A stretch of 64,000 bases of DNA from NCBI GenBank assembly GCA_963705105.1, contig CAVPIW010000007.1, positions 224,001 through 288,000 of the forward strand. Direction: 5' to 3'. This DNA is from an uncultured Nitrospiraceae bacterium (GTDB taxonomy: Bacteria; Nitrospirota; Thermodesulfovibrionia; Thermodesulfovibrionales; Dissulfurispiraceae). Below, one piece after another: positions 31,359-42,008 of this stretch (position 1 is its first letter; each line of letters starts with the position of its first letter). Below the pieces are notes generated by a model. The model searched no databases. It was given only the letters and a program-made list of their open reading frames with translations, and was not told the DNA's origin. The translations under genes and the position numbers were made by a program.

Positions 31359-32247
31359 ACATCGTCGTCAACCTGAACAAGCCGCGGGGCATGACCTCCT
31401 TCGAAGCCGTGGCCGCAGTCAAGAGGCGATTCAAGGTGAGAAAGGCCGGCCATGCCGGCACGCTCGATCCCCTCGCCACGGGCGTGCTCGTCGTCTGCCT
31501 GAACGAGGCGACAAAGATCGCCGGGGTCCTGTCCCACTTCGAAAAGGAATACGTCTTCACTGCCCGGCTCGGCGAGGCAACCGATACCTATGACGCAGAA
31601 GGCTCCGTCATCAGGAGGGTGGAGGATGTGTCCGTCACGACGGACGAGATACGCGCTTGCTGGAACGGTTCACCGGCGAGATCGAGCAGGTCCCGCCGAT
31701 GTACTCGGCAATCAAGAGGGAGGGCCGGCCCCTCTACGAGCTGGCGCGCAAGGGGATAGAAGTCGAGAGGGCGCCCAGACGGGTCATGATTTCCTCTCTC
31801 GACCTCATCGCCCATAGCGGGACGTCACTGACCCTGCGGGCGGTCTGCTCTACCGGTACATACATTAGGTCGCTCTGTCACGACATCGGCGAGGCCCTCG
31901 GCGTCGGCGCCCACGTTGCGGAACTTGCAAGGACAAGGGTCGGGGCTTTCGGCATAGACCGGTCCGCCGTGCTCGACGAACTGCCTCTGAAACAGGAATC
32001 CCTGTGGACGATCGATGATGCGCTGGACTCGCTGCCCGAGGTCCGGCTGAGCGGGAGCGACCTCAGGAAGGCGAAGAACGGCAACCCGATCAAGCCCCTT
32101 CCTCCCGAGCTCTTCGTCATGGGCATACGCGGCGGTGTCCAATTGAAGGGGCAGCGGGTGCGCCTCAAGGACCCCGAGGGCCGCCTCTTTGGCATCGCGA
32201 GGGCCGGCGCGGACGAGCTCCGGATCGAGCGGCTCTTCAACATGTAA
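31355..32247 (+). pseudogene. truB: tRNA pseudouridine(55) synthase, split by a 1-nt frameshift near 31655
   Basis: KAGHAGTLDPLATGVL in one frame; EQVPPMYSAIK, GTYIRSL in another; junction GAG ATA CGC GC TTG CTG GAA. Confidence 0.85.
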
Positions 32248-32262
32248 ATAAAGGCAGGCACG

Positions 32263-32940
32263 ATGAACCTGACGACACAGAGGGCTCACATCGGATTCTG
32301 GGACGCCTTTGCGCCCTGGTACGAGAAGTGGCTCTCCCGGACGGCATACCACCATCCTATCGTTCATGAGATAAGCGGCATGCTGGAGCCGGGCTGGAGT
32401 GTCCTTGACATAGGCGCCGGGACAGGTGTCCTCTCCCTCCCATTGACCGCATTGGGGTGCACCGTCGAGGCCGTCGAGCCCTCGGAGGGCATGAGGCGGA
32501 TATTCACGGAGAAGCTGAATTCGCTGAGGGTGACGGGCGTCGACATCTCTCCTGAGCGATGGGAGACCTATAGGCGGTCCGAAGGGAAGGCCCCGGACCT
32601 CATCGTCGCCTGCAACAGCCTGCACCTCGTCGACGGTGGCATCATGGCGGCCATGGAGAAGGTGTTCGCCCAGGGAGCGGGCAACCTCTGCCTCGTCACG
32701 GAGATCAACCTGGACAGGTTTGTCGACTTTAAGGAAATCGGGAGGCTGCAGAGGGATTACGACTTTCTGTACATAAAGAATTTCACCGTCGACAGCACCT
32801 TCTACTTCGACTCCATGGACGAGGTGCCGGACCTGTCGGAACTCCTCGGCAGGAACATCGACGCGGTCACGACGAGAAACGCCGTCTTCGAGCGCGACAG
32901 CACAGACATCGCCCTGCTGTGGTGGGAGAGGAGAACATAA
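32263..32940 (+). CDS. Class I SAM-dependent methyltransferase
   Basis: VLDIGAGTG, AVEPSEGM. Confidence 0.88.
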   Translation: MNLTTQRAHIGFWDAFAPWYEKWLSRTAYHHPIVHEISGMLEPGWSVLDIGAGTGVLSLPLTALGCTVEAVEPSEGMRRIFTEKLNSLRVTGVDISPERWETYRRSEGKAPDLIVACNSLHLVDGGIMAAMEKVFAQGAGNLCLVTEINLDRFVDFKEIGRLQRDYDFLYIKNFTVDSTFYFDSMDEVPDLSELLGRNIDAVTTRNAVFERDSTDIALLWWERRT

Positions 32941-33135
32941 CGCAGCAACCGGCTTGCACGTATATTAAAAGCGGGGCGGAGCGCCTCTGATTGCACTGCC
33001 CGTCAAGCCGGTTGTATTGCAGATCACATATTGCGCTGCAGTGGCATATGCAATATACTTAGACGGTGCGGGCTCCAGGCGCCGCCCGGTTCGTCCATCG
33101 GACGGACGACGACATCATTCAGCGAGGTGGAAACT

Positions 33136-33603
33136 ATGAAGCGCACAGTCGTGATCGTTCTTGTTCTGATGTCTGTCGCAATGATTCTTCCCTTTACCGC
33201 CCAGGCGGATGATCCAAACATCTGCATCAGACTGACGCCGGAGGCAAGTGCAGTGGGAGCTCCTGTGGTCATCCTTGACGTGTTCGCGAGCAACAAGGCC
33301 GGCAGCAGGGCCACGGTCTACGGTCTGAACGGGACCGCTTCGTCGACGATCCAGTCATCGAACCCGCCGACGGAGCTCTTTTACCTCCTGAGCGGCACTG
33401 CCTATGTCACGACGAGGACGACCATCGAGCTCTCCCTGACCGGCACTGCTGAAGACGAGACCTGCGACTGCATCAGGGAATCGGTTTTCCACGTCATATT
33501 TGACGGCAAGAACGACCGCTATTTTCAGACGATCAAAGGCGCCAGAAACGTCGTCGTCACCGGCACGGCGGACGTTTCGCGGGATTGCGGCAAGAAGAAG
33601 TAA
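33136..33603 (+). CDS. Exported hypothetical protein
   Basis: GAGGTGG RBS, signal peptide MKRTVVIVLVLMSVAMILPFTAQA. Confidence 0.75.
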   Translation: MKRTVVIVLVLMSVAMILPFTAQADDPNICIRLTPEASAVGAPVVILDVFASNKAGSRATVYGLNGTASSTIQSSNPPTELFYLLSGTAYVTTRTTIELSLTGTAEDETCDCIRESVFHVIFDGKNDRYFQTIKGARNVVVTGTADVSRDCGKKK

Positions 33604-33607
33604 GAAA

Positions 33608-33643
33608 AGGATTGCGGCGGAAGCGGGGAGGTGCCGCAATCCT
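33608..33643. terminator. Hairpin between convergent genes
   Basis: AGGATTGCGGC ... GCCGCAATCCT. Confidence 0.55.
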
Positions 33644-33679
33644 CGTCATTAATCGCTATGTGAACAAGTAAGTACGGAC

Positions 33680-34045
33680 CTATGTTCGGCGCTTGAAAAG
33701 CACCCTTTTCCCGATAAGCATACTGACCTCGTGAAGCGTGTCGGGGTGGTTGAGCTCTTTCCAGTTCTTGTGAACAAACTTATCCTTCCAAAAGGTCTCC
33801 TGATGCCTGCCATACACCCATACCCCCTCCCTTGATGCCAAGACAAAGGTGCCTGATCTCAAGTGCAAGGCATATGACTTCGCCTAGTCGAAGGCGTCGT
33901 TAAGAAGCATATCTGTCCCATGGGAGTATTTCGCTTCCAGAACCATCCGGGCTGAGTCACCGTCGCGAGTGGTCACGTGGCCAAAAACGTAATCAGGGAT
34001 CATCCTTTCCCGGCGACCAAGATGGAGCCGAACTTGTAAATCATT
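33680..34045 (-). pseudogene. C-terminal fragment of HsdR_N-like PD-(D/E)xK restriction nuclease with premature stop
   Basis: Manual translation QVRLHLGRRERMIPDYVFG...VLEAKYS...DAFD*AKSYALHLRS; TAG at 33884-33886 replaces Q of QAxSY. Confidence 0.7.
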
Positions 34046-34185
34046 TTACCCGAAAGTTTCTCGACTCCCTTCTTTCTTGCTTGACTCACTGCATTCTTTC
34101 CGAATAAGATGAGATACGATGAAATCGTAAATTGAAGAGTAATGGCTGGCAATAACAACGAAACACAGGATCAGTGAGGCTATAC

Positions 34186-34386
34186 ATGACAAGGGTACAG
34201 GAGATCGAGAAGACAATCCTTTCCCTCCCGAGAAAGGAATACGAGGAACTCAGACGTTGGTTCCTGGAAAGGGACTGGGACGAATGGGATCGGGACATCG
34301 AGAATGATTCAAGGACAGGAAAGCTCGATTTTCTGATACAGGAGGCAGCTGCGGCGAAGCGCAAGGGAAAGCTCCGCGATCTCTAA
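34186..34386 (+). CDS. Small antitoxin-like protein
   Basis: WDEWDRDIENDSRTGKLDFL motif typical of partners of ParE/RelE-like toxins; adjacent gene pair. Confidence 0.75.
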   Translation: MTRVQEIEKTILSLPRKEYEELRRWFLERDWDEWDRDIENDSRTGKLDFLIQEAAAAKRKGKLRDL

Positions 34387-34387
34387 G

Positions 34388-34672
34388 ATGCACCGAGCCA
34401 CAGAGCAATTCTGGGATCGTTACGGGCGATTACCTCAAGATGTCCGGGATCTTGCCGACAAGAGCTTTCAACTCTTAAAGGAGAACCCCGGACATCCATC
34501 TCTCCGGTTCAAGAAGGTCGGTGGGTTTTGGTCGGCGCGAGTCGGATTGGGGCACAGAGCTCTTGCGGTGGAGGACGGCTCTGACTTTATCTGGGTTTGG
34601 ATCGGCAATCACGACGAGTACGACGCAATGATCCGACAGCGCCCCGGCGGGCAAAGAGGCGTCAGACCTTGA
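34388..34672 (+). CDS. RelE/ParE-like toxin
   Basis: FWDRYGRLP...NPGHPSLRFKKV..WSARVGLGHRALA..WVWIGNHDEYD. Confidence 0.8.
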   Translation: MHRATEQFWDRYGRLPQDVRDLADKSFQLLKENPGHPSLRFKKVGGFWSARVGLGHRALAVEDGSDFIWVWIGNHDEYDAMIRQRPGGQRGVRP

Positions 34673-34685
34673 ATTGTGACTTTAT

Positions 34686-34812
34686 GCCATCAACCTTCTG
34701 GCCGCTCTACCATCCTTCACTTTGCGGGATTCAAAAGGACATATCTGCTCGCCTGCGAGACAGGCGTCCTTGTCAACGCCCCGGGGTATTCGATGCTTAG
34801 CGGCCTGCCCAT
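34686..34812 (-). pseudogene. Collapsed REP-associated tyrosine transposase (RAYT) relic
   Basis: Starts MGRPLSIEYPGAL (cf. MARPLRIEYPGA); followed by YVLLNPAK*RMVERPEG*W (cf. YIxLNPVRAxMVxxPExYxW). Confidence 0.6.
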
Positions 34813-34824
34813 GGGGTGATTTCA

Positions 34825-35113
34825 CCTCATCGTTGCAAAAACACTCCCAGGAAAGGCGGGGTGAATGCGCCGAAAACCTTGATGCGGTGACACCTTAACC
34901 TTCACAGAAGATAGCATGCAAGCCGATGGTCGATCACACATACAGTTGAATCCTGCAGGGGCCGTTCCCCGAACGGCCCGACATGAATGCCGCGCCCCAT
35001 ATGGATCATTTCAGGCAAAGGGCTGAACAAAATTAACCCTTTACGGACACTCACACTGACACTGACACTGTTTTTCAGAGTGCTTCGCTCCGCCTTTCAA
35101 TGTAGCTACCGGG
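34825..35113 (+). mobile_element. Composite MITE family A copy (289 bp), TSD TTCA, with internal REP-like hairpin
   Basis: TTCA[CCTCATCGTTGCAA...GGGCCGTTC-CCC-GAACGGCCC...CGCCTTTCAATGTAGCTACCGGG]TTCA. Confidence 0.9.
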
Positions 35114-35128
35114 TTCACACCAAACGGT

Positions 35129-36580
35129 CTATATAACGTAGAGGTCCACGTACTCGTGCACCGGCATGACCTCCAGCCTGCCGCGGTCGAGCGACGCGTC
35201 CAGGATCGCCTGCTGCTGCTTCTGCGGGAAGCGCCGGGCAAGGTTGGTCCGGAACTTTTCCACCAGAACCGGCATGCCTTCCCCGCGGCGGCGGCGGTGG
35301 CCGATGGGGTACTCGACCACGATCTCCGGCAGCGCCGTTCCGTCGTTCAGTTCCACGGTCAGGCCGTTGGCAATGGACCGCTTCTCCGGGTCGTGGTAAT
35401 CCTTCGTGAATTGAGGGTCTTCGAAGCACGTAATCTTGTCGCGCAGCGCATCTATTCGGGGGTCCTCAGCAACGCTGTCCTCGTAATCGGCCGCGGTGAG
35501 TCTGCCGAAGAGGAGGGGCACCGCCACCATATACTGGATGCAGTGGTCGCGGTCCGCCGGGTTGTTGAGCGGCCCCTTCTTGTCGATGATGCGGATCGCC
35601 GCCTCGTGGGTGCGGATACTGATCTTCCTGATGTCCGCCGCGCTGCGGCCCATGCCCTTGAGCTTCTCGTGGAGGCTCATGGCGCATTCCACAGCGGTCT
35701 GGGAGTGAAACTCCGCAGGGAAGGAAATCTTGAAGAGCACATGCTCCATGACGTAGGAGCCGTAGGGACGCTGAAACGCAAAGGACTTCCCCTTGAAGAG
35801 CACGTCGTAGAAGCCCCAGCCTTTGGCGGTGAGGACGCCGGGAATGCCCATCTCCCCCTTCAGCGAGAAGTGCGCGAGCCGGACGGCGCGGCTCGTCGCG
35901 TCACCGGCTGCCCAGGACTTGCGGGAGCCGGTATTCGGCGCATGGCGGTAGGTGCGAAGCGACTGACCGTCGACGAAGGCCTGTGATACGGCGTGTATCA
36001 CCTCGTCACGCGTCCCGCCCATGAGCCAGGCGCAGACAGCGGCAGATGCGACCTTGACGAGCACCACGTGGTCGAGGCCGACGCGGTTGAAGGCGTTCTC
36101 CAGGGCTATGACGCCCTGTATCTCATGGGCCTTGATCATCGCCTCGAGCACGGTCTTCATGATGAGGGGGTCCTTTCCCTGTGCGACGCCGGTACGGGAA
36201 AGCCAGTCCGCCGTGGCAAGGATGCCCCCGAGGTTGTCCGACGGATGGCCCCACTCCGCCGCCAGCCAGGTGTCGTTGAAGTCAAGCCACCGGATCATGG
36301 CGCCGATGTTGAAGGCCGCCTGGACGGGGTCGAGCTGGAACTGCGTGCCAGGTACTTTCGCGCCGTTCGGGACGACGGTGCCCGGCACGACCGGGCCCAG
36401 CAGCTTCGTGCAGGCGGGATAGCCGAGCGCCTCCATGCCGCAGCCGATGGTGTCAATGAGGCAGTAGCGCGCCGTTTCATAGGCCTCGCCGGATGTGATC
36501 GTGTAATCCCTGACATAGTCGGCGATGTCGGCAAGCACTTTGTCGGGTTCGGGTCTGACGTTAGAGATGTATGAACTCAT
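35129..36580 (-). CDS. prpD: 2-methylcitrate dehydratase
   Basis: [43 protein letters not shown]. Confidence 0.97.
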   Translation of the reverse strand: MSSYISNVRPEPDKVLADIADYVRDYTITSGEAYETARYCLIDTIGCGMEALGYPACTKLLGPVVPGTVVPNGAKVPGTQFQLDPVQAAFNIGAMIRWLDFNDTWLAAEWGHPSDNLGGILATADWLSRTGVAQGKDPLIMKTVLEAMIKAHEIQGVIALENAFNRVGLDHVVLVKVASAAVCAWLMGGTRDEVIHAVSQAFVDGQSLRTYRHAPNTGSRKSWAAGDATSRAVRLAHFSLKGEMGIPGVLTAKGWGFYDVLFKGKSFAFQRPYGSYVMEHVLFKISFPAEFHSQTAVECAMSLHEKLKGMGRSAADIRKISIRTHEAAIRIIDKKGPLNNPADRDHCIQYMVAVPLLFGRLTAADYEDSVAEDPRIDALRDKITCFEDPQFTKDYHDPEKRSIANGLTVELNDGTALPEIVVEYPIGHRRRRGEGMPVLVEKFRTNLARRFPQKQQQAILDASLDRGRLEVMPVHEYVDLYVI

Positions 36581-36615
36581 TGTTTCTCATCCTTTCAACA
36601 GTCTGGAGCCTGTCA

Positions 36616-37785
36616 TTACCGGTCCTTGATCGGCACATACGACCGGTCGTCGGGGCCGGTGTAGTTGGCTGACGGCCGGATGATCTTGTTGTCCATGCGC
36701 TGTTCGATCGTGTGCGCGCCCCAGCCGGTGGTGCGCGAGATCACAAAGACCGGCGTGAACAGGGGCGTGGGGATGCCGAGCATATGGTAGGCCACGGCAG
36801 AGTACCAGTCGAGGTTCGCGAACATGTTCTTTTCGCGTTTCATGACCATTTCGATCCGGTCTGCGATGTTGTGGAGGTTCACGTTGCCGCCGTCCTCGCA
36901 CAGGCCCCTGGCGATCGCCTTGATGACGGGGTTCCGCGGATCGCTCACAGTGTAGACCGGATGGCCGAAGCCGATGACGATCTCTTTCCGGGCCACGCGC
37001 GCCATGATGTCAGCCTCCGCGTCGTCCGGCGTCCGGTAGCGCCGCTGGATCTCATGGGCCGCCTCATTCGCGCCGCCGTGCTTGGGGCCGCGCAGCGCAC
37101 CGATTGAGCCGGTGACCGCCGAGTAGATGTCCGACAGGGTCCCGGCGATGACACGCGTGGTGAACGTGGATGCCGCGAACTCATGTTCGGCATAGAGGAT
37201 AAGGGACTGGTCCAGCGCCTTCTGATGCAGAGCGGAGGGCTTCCTGCCGTGCATGAGGTGCAGGAAGTGGCCGGCCACGGTCTCGTCGTCCGTTTCAACC
37301 TCAATCCGGCGCCCGTTCTGGGAGAAGTGCCACCAGTAGAGCAGCATGGAACCGAAGGACGCGATCAGGCGGTCAACGATGTCCCGCGCGCTCTGTACGT
37401 TCTGGTCCTCCTTCTCGGGCAGGACCGTGCCGAGGGCGGAGCAGGCCGTGCGCATCACGTCCATGGGATGGGCCGCTGCCGGGATGTGCTCCAGGATGGC
37501 GCGCACATGGGAAGGAATGCCCCGGAGCTGAATCAGCTTCTTTTTATAGTCCTTGAGCTGCGACTCCGTCGGGAGGCCTTCGTGAATGAGGAGATGAGCC
37601 ACCTCCTCGAAGGTCGATTTCTTTGCGAGCTCAACGATGTCAAAACCCCGGTAGTGCAAGTCGTTCCCGGTGCGGCCCACGGTGCAGATCGCCGAATTGC
37701 CCGCAACCACGCCGGAGAGGACGACTGACTTCTTCACTTTTGGGGCAGCGGCGTCCGCTGCCGGTGTGCCTGTGCTGCTGCTCAT
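36616..37785 (-). CDS. prpC: 2-methylcitrate synthase
   Basis: [33 protein letters not shown]; between prpB and prpD. Confidence 0.95.
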   Translation of the reverse strand: MSSSTGTPAADAAAPKVKKSVVLSGVVAGNSAICTVGRTGNDLHYRGFDIVELAKKSTFEEVAHLLIHEGLPTESQLKDYKKKLIQLRGIPSHVRAILEHIPAAAHPMDVMRTACSALGTVLPEKEDQNVQSARDIVDRLIASFGSMLLYWWHFSQNGRRIEVETDDETVAGHFLHLMHGRKPSALHQKALDQSLILYAEHEFAASTFTTRVIAGTLSDIYSAVTGSIGALRGPKHGGANEAAHEIQRRYRTPDDAEADIMARVARKEIVIGFGHPVYTVSDPRNPVIKAIARGLCEDGGNVNLHNIADRIEMVMKREKNMFANLDWYSAVAYHMLGIPTPLFTPVFVISRTTGWGAHTIEQRMDNKIIRPSANYTGPDDRSYVPIKDR

Positions 37786-38672
37786 GATTTTGCCTCCTTG
37801 GAAAAGATCGCATCGAGTTTTTGTTCATAGGCATGGTAGCCGAGATGATCGTAGAGTTCCTCGCGGGTCTGCATCAGGTCCACAACATTCTTCTGGGAAC
37901 CGTCCTTCCGGATCGCCCCATAAACCGCCAGGGCGGCCTTGCTCATGGCACGGAAGGCGGAGAGGGGGTAGAGGACGAGGCTCACGCCGGCGCCGCGCAG
38001 CTCTTCGACGGTAAAGAGGGACGTTGAGCCGAATTCCGTGATGTTGGCCAGGATAGGAACATTAACGGCCTGCGCGAACTGCCTGTACGTTTCCAAATCC
38101 TTCACCGCCTCAGGAAAGATCATGTCCGCGCCGGCCTCGACGCATGCAGCGGCCCGCGCGACGGCTGCTTCGAGCCCTTCGACGGCAATGGCATCTGTTC
38201 TGGCCATAATGACGAAGCCGGGGTCGGTCCGGGCATCAACGGCTGCCTTGACCCGGTCCACCATCTCCTCCTTCGGCACGATCGCCTTGCCCGGCCGGTG
38301 GCCGCATCGCTTCGCCTGGACCTGGTCCTCCATGTGGACTGCTGCGGCCCCGAACTTGATCATAGATTTGATCGTACGGCCGATATTGAATGCGCCGCCC
38401 CATCCGGTGTCGATGTCCACGAGAACGGGAAGGTCCGTGATGTCGGTGATGCGACGGACATCGGTCAGGACGTCATCCATGGTGCTGATACCCAGATCGG
38501 GGATCCCGAGGGAACTGGCGGCAACGCCGCCTCCCGACACATAGAGCGCCCTGAATCCCGAGTGTTCGGCAAGCCTGGCTGCATAGGCGTTCACGACGCC
38601 GACGACCTGAAGCGGCCGTTCGGCCTTGACGCCGGCGCGGAAGCGGGTGCCCGGTGAATTCTGCTGCGTCAT
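37782..38672 (-). CDS. prpB: 2-methylisocitrate lyase
   Basis: [29 protein letters not shown]; start chosen after GAGGTG RBS. Confidence 0.96.
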   Translation of the reverse strand: MTQQNSPGTRFRAGVKAERPLQVVGVVNAYAARLAEHSGFRALYVSGGGVAASSLGIPDLGISTMDDVLTDVRRITDITDLPVLVDIDTGWGGAFNIGRTIKSMIKFGAAAVHMEDQVQAKRCGHRPGKAIVPKEEMVDRVKAAVDARTDPGFVIMARTDAIAVEGLEAAVARAAACVEAGADMIFPEAVKDLETYRQFAQAVNVPILANITEFGSTSLFTVEELRGAGVSLVLYPLSAFRAMSKAALAVYGAIRKDGSQKNVVDLMQTREELYDHLGYHAYEQKLDAIFSKEAKS

Positions 38673-38756
38673 GATACTCACCTCTTTGTCCGGATTACCA
38701 TTAGTGTCCAAAATAACGTGGCACGAGGATAGGACGTGCTTTCTTGGCAAAATAGA

Positions 38757-38923
38757 CATTGTCGTTGCATAGAAAGGCGGGGCGAAGCGCTCTGAAAAAT
38801 AGTGACAGTGACAGTGTGAGTGTCAGCATATTCCCACCTTTCTTATTATGGTACGGTGTCGCCGCATCAAGGTTTTCAGCGCACACACCCCGCCTTTCCA
38901 GAGTCCCTATCGCAACGACAAGA
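38757..38923 (-). mobile_element. MITE family A copy (short type)
   Basis: GTTGCATAGAAAGGCGGGGCGAAGCGCTCTGAAAAATAGTGACAG ... GGTGTCGCCGCATCAAGGTTTTC...CGCAACGACAAG. Confidence 0.9.
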
Positions 38924-39128
38924 TCGTTTCCCTTTGTCACAAATTCTATCATTAACTTGATTCTAGTGCAAATAATCGATCAAAATACCGGCGTTGAGTA
39001 CAAGTGACGGACGGGTCACCTTGTAGATGAAGAGGGAAACATGCATGGCCCGCTTTTCATCCTGAATAATGAACATACTTTACCGGCCGGCGCCGACCGG
39101 CTGGATCACGATTGTAAGGAGTCCTGCC

Positions 39129-39668
39129 ATGGCGAATAAACCAGTGAAGAAGACCGTCGTGACAAAGAAGAAGGAGGTCGTGAAGAAAAGCGAGACGGCT
39201 CCGGCAAGGCGGACTGTGACTGCGAGAGCGGCCGCGCCGAAGAGGGGTGCCGCGGAGTTCAGCGTGAAAACCGGTATGGAGATCACTGCCATGTTCCCGG
39301 ACACCATTGGCCTGACCGCGAAGGTTGCCGAGGCAGTGGCGGCTGAAAATGTGAACATCCTTGCGGCTACGGGATATTCGGCCAGCGGCTTTCGCGAGAA
39401 GGCGACCTTCACGCTTGTCGTGGACGACTATGCCCGGGCCGAGCAGGCCCTGCAGCGCATCGGCGCCAACGAGATCCATCAGTCCACGGTACTGCTCGTG
39501 GAAACGCCGAACCGGGTCGGCGCGCTTGAACGCATCGCAAAGCTCATCGCCGGCGCGGGCATCAATATTTTCTATTTCTACGCCACCACCAGTTCGGGCG
39601 ACACGGCGACCACCGTCATGAAGACGGCAGACGACACGAAGGCGATCAAGGTGCTGAAGAAGGCATAG
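39129..39668 (+). CDS. Tandem ACT-domain protein with Lys/Ala-rich N-terminal tail
   Basis: PDTIGLTAKVAEAVAAENVNI; PNRVGALERIAKLIAGAGINI. Confidence 0.85.
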   Translation: MANKPVKKTVVTKKKEVVKKSETAPARRTVTARAAAPKRGAAEFSVKTGMEITAMFPDTIGLTAKVAEAVAAENVNILAATGYSASGFREKATFTLVVDDYARAEQALQRIGANEIHQSTVLLVETPNRVGALERIAKLIAGAGINIFYFYATTSSGDTATTVMKTADDTKAIKVLKKA

Positions 39669-39672
39669 TGTA

Positions 39673-39884
39673 CCTTCCCGTTGCATGAAAAGGCGGGACA
39701 GAGTGCCTCAAAGCCTTGCTGACAGCGAGCATGATCATCTGAAATTGGACATTGGGGATTCCACCCTTTGTGTCATCAACCGTCATCCTGACATGATCCG
39801 TATGGAAAGGCAGAGGTTTCGCAGCACCAAGGCTTTTCGGCATCTTCGCCCCGCCTTTCCGGAGGCCCTATTGCAACGATAATG
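39673..39884 (-). mobile_element. MITE family A copy (left type 2 + long right module)
   Basis: CCTTCCCGTTGCATGAAAAGGCGGG ... CCCCGCCTTTCCGGAGGCCCTATTGCAACGATAATG. Confidence 0.9.
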
Positions 39885-40014
39885 TTCAGCGTCCAGTGAC
39901 GTACTCTTGAGGATAATCCAAACAGGGGCCGCTCTCGGAAAAACGGAGGTCGTCCCACGCCGGAGACCTCCGCGTTTCTGAGATCAATCGGAACCTGACA
40001 GCCCTATTGCGGAA

Positions 40015-40413
40015 CTATTTTGCGAGTGCCTTTAACGCCTTGGCATCATCGGCCGTCGACAGGATGGCCGTGCAGGTCTTGCCGGTGAATGCCGTGCCGT
40101 ACGTGTAATTGATGTTGACACCCGCCGCGGCGATCTTCTGCGCGGCCTTCTGCATCTCTCCCGGCTTGTTCGACATCTCGAGGGCGATCACACTCTCTTC
40201 CTTCACGGCGGCGCCCATTTTTGCGATCGCCTTTTTCGCCTTCGCGTTGCCGTCGGTGATGAGCATGAACTCTGCCTTCCCATTCATCGCATAGGCGCAA
40301 CTGGCGACGATGTTCACCTTTGCGGCAGCGATTGCGGCCGCAATGTCGGACAGGAGACCGGGCCTGTCATCCATCACAAACTGGAGCTGTTTTTCCTTCC
40401 GAGCCTTTGCCAT
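40015..40413 (-). CDS. Tandem ACT-domain protein
   Basis: DDRPGLLSDIAAAIAAAKVNI; NKPGEMQKAAQKIAAAGVNINYTYG. Confidence 0.88.
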   Translation of the reverse strand: MAKARKEKQLQFVMDDRPGLLSDIAAAIAAAKVNIVASCAYAMNGKAEFMLITDGNAKAKKAIAKMGAAVKEESVIALEMSNKPGEMQKAAQKIAAAGVNINYTYGTAFTGKTCTAILSTADDAKALKALAK

Positions 40414-40707
40414 ACACCCACCTCCATCAGATTTTTCTTACATTAATATCAGAAAAGCGAGAGGAATTCAAGAATTATTTTTTCACATTGTGATTCATGC
40501 CCATCATCACATTTCCCCCCTTGTCAACAAATGCTTGGCACTCTTACTTCCCTCACCTGCCGATTCTATTACTTGATTGTTGCCTCAACATGTTGATATG
40601 CCGGTCTTTCTGTTGTCTTTCTGTTTGACATAACCTATCTTTTCCGATAAGATTTAAATGTCATCGATAGCCAATAAATAATGATAGACTGACAAAGACC
40701 CGAGCCT

Positions 40708-40944
40708 ATGTTCAGAAACCCACAGAATGCTTGGCTTCTTCTCGGTGATCAAGCATCGTACTTCACGCCCTCTGAATTACGAAAGGTCAGACGGCAAAAT
40801 GAAAAGGGGCGAATTGAATCGTGGACGTGTTCTCCGCGGGTCGAAGAGGGAGATCTCCTCTTCATCTATTTCACCTCTCCGCGAAGTGCTGTCCATTTCG
40901 TCTCGCGTGCGATATCACGACCGCATGTCGCTACCCACCACTGA
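40708..40944 (+). pseudogene. Truncated EVE/PUA-like domain fragment
   Basis: NAWLLLGD...WTCSPRVEEGDLLFIYFTSPRSAVHFVSRA then abrupt end. Confidence 0.5.
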
Positions 40945-41096
40945 TGCTCAGAAACCTGACTTATTGAGTTTACTCCCATCGTCCGGTCGCGACTTGCCTT
41001 CAGCTCTCACTTGTGATAGCATCCATTAGAATGAGTGTTCTGCGGACAGCAACTGACATTTGCCAACTGTAGTATGACGATTACGGAGGGTAGTGG

Positions 41097-41402
41097 ATGA
41101 GGCCGGTTGTTCAGGATCGTGAAAGCGTTCTTGAGGTATTGAGAACATACAAACAAGAGTTTGAGCGGCTATATGGTATTACAGCAATAGGAGTATTCGG
41201 TTCAGTGGCCAGGGGCGAGACCTGTCAGGGCAGTGACGTGGACGTTGTTGTGCAAATGAGAGAGCCCAACCTTTATTACATGGTACACATCAAGGATGCG
41301 CTTGAAAAAGCATTCCACGTACATGTAGACATTATTCGTTACCGTGAAAAGATGAACCCCTTCCTGAAAAAACGAATCGATAGGGATGCGGTATATGTCT
41401 GA
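41097..41402 (+). CDS. Minimal nucleotidyltransferase (MNT antitoxin)
   Basis: IGVFGSVARGE..SDVDVVV. Confidence 0.9.
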   Translation: MRPVVQDRESVLEVLRTYKQEFERLYGITAIGVFGSVARGETCQGSDVDVVVQMREPNLYYMVHIKDALEKAFHVHVDIIRYREKMNPFLKKRIDRDAVYV

Positions 41403-41781
41403 CCCCAACCTGGCAATTGAGATTCTTGAGCAGATACTCGAAGCCACCCTCAGGATCGAGCGCCGCTTTGGTCCTATCCGTCAACCCGATGATTTCCTGG
41501 CCACCGATGAGGGGATTGATCGCCTCGACGCAATCAGCATGATGCTGATCGCCATTGGCGAGAGTCTGAAACACCTGGACCGGGTGACCAGCGGGGAACT
41601 GCTGCTGAAATATCCCGGCGTGGACTGGAAAGGCGCAAAGGGGGCGCGGGACGTCATCTCACATCACTATTTCGACATAGACGCTGAAGAGGTCTTCAAC
41701 ATCTGTCGGAATGATATTCCCGCATTGATCAGAACCGTTAAAGAGATGATTGAGGACCTGAAACGCGGTGCCACCTCCTGA
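41395..41781 (+). CDS. HEPN/DUF86 toxin
   Basis: LIAIGESLK, WKGAKGARDVISHHYFDID (RX4H). Confidence 0.9.
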   Translation: MSDPNLAIEILEQILEATLRIERRFGPIRQPDDFLATDEGIDRLDAISMMLIAIGESLKHLDRVTSGELLLKYPGVDWKGAKGARDVISHHYFDIDAEEVFNICRNDIPALIRTVKEMIEDLKRGATS

Positions 41782-41819
41782 AATGCTCCGTGAAACCACG
41801 TGAACATCTCAGGAGGGCA

Positions 41820-41996
41820 TCACGGCGAGCTGCGAGCTGTCGTCGTCTTGTCCCGGAGCAGGAGCACCCCTTTCCTGATGAGAAAACCGACGGAGATGAT
41901 GGCGATGACGACGAGGAGGATAGACCCGAGGAAACCGACGGCGATGAGCATGACTGCGCTCAGGAGGACTTTCACGAACTTGCCGATTGCGCTCAT
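41820..41996 (-). CDS. Small membrane protein (58 aa), not in ORF track
   Basis: MSAIGKFVKVLLSAVMLIAVGFLGSILLVVIAIISVGFLIRKGVLLLRDKTTTARSSP; host-like codon usage. Confidence 0.55.
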   Translation of the reverse strand: MSAIGKFVKVLLSAVMLIAVGFLGSILLVVIAIISVGFLIRKGVLLLRDKTTTARSSP

Positions 41997-42008
41997 GGTC
42001 AGATTTTA

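Noticed and set aside
34095..40654. Shared TTTCCGA(A)TAAGAT motif at ~34097 and ~40641 as recombination sites
   Set aside because: Short, imperfect and in direct orientation, so it cannot explain an inversion
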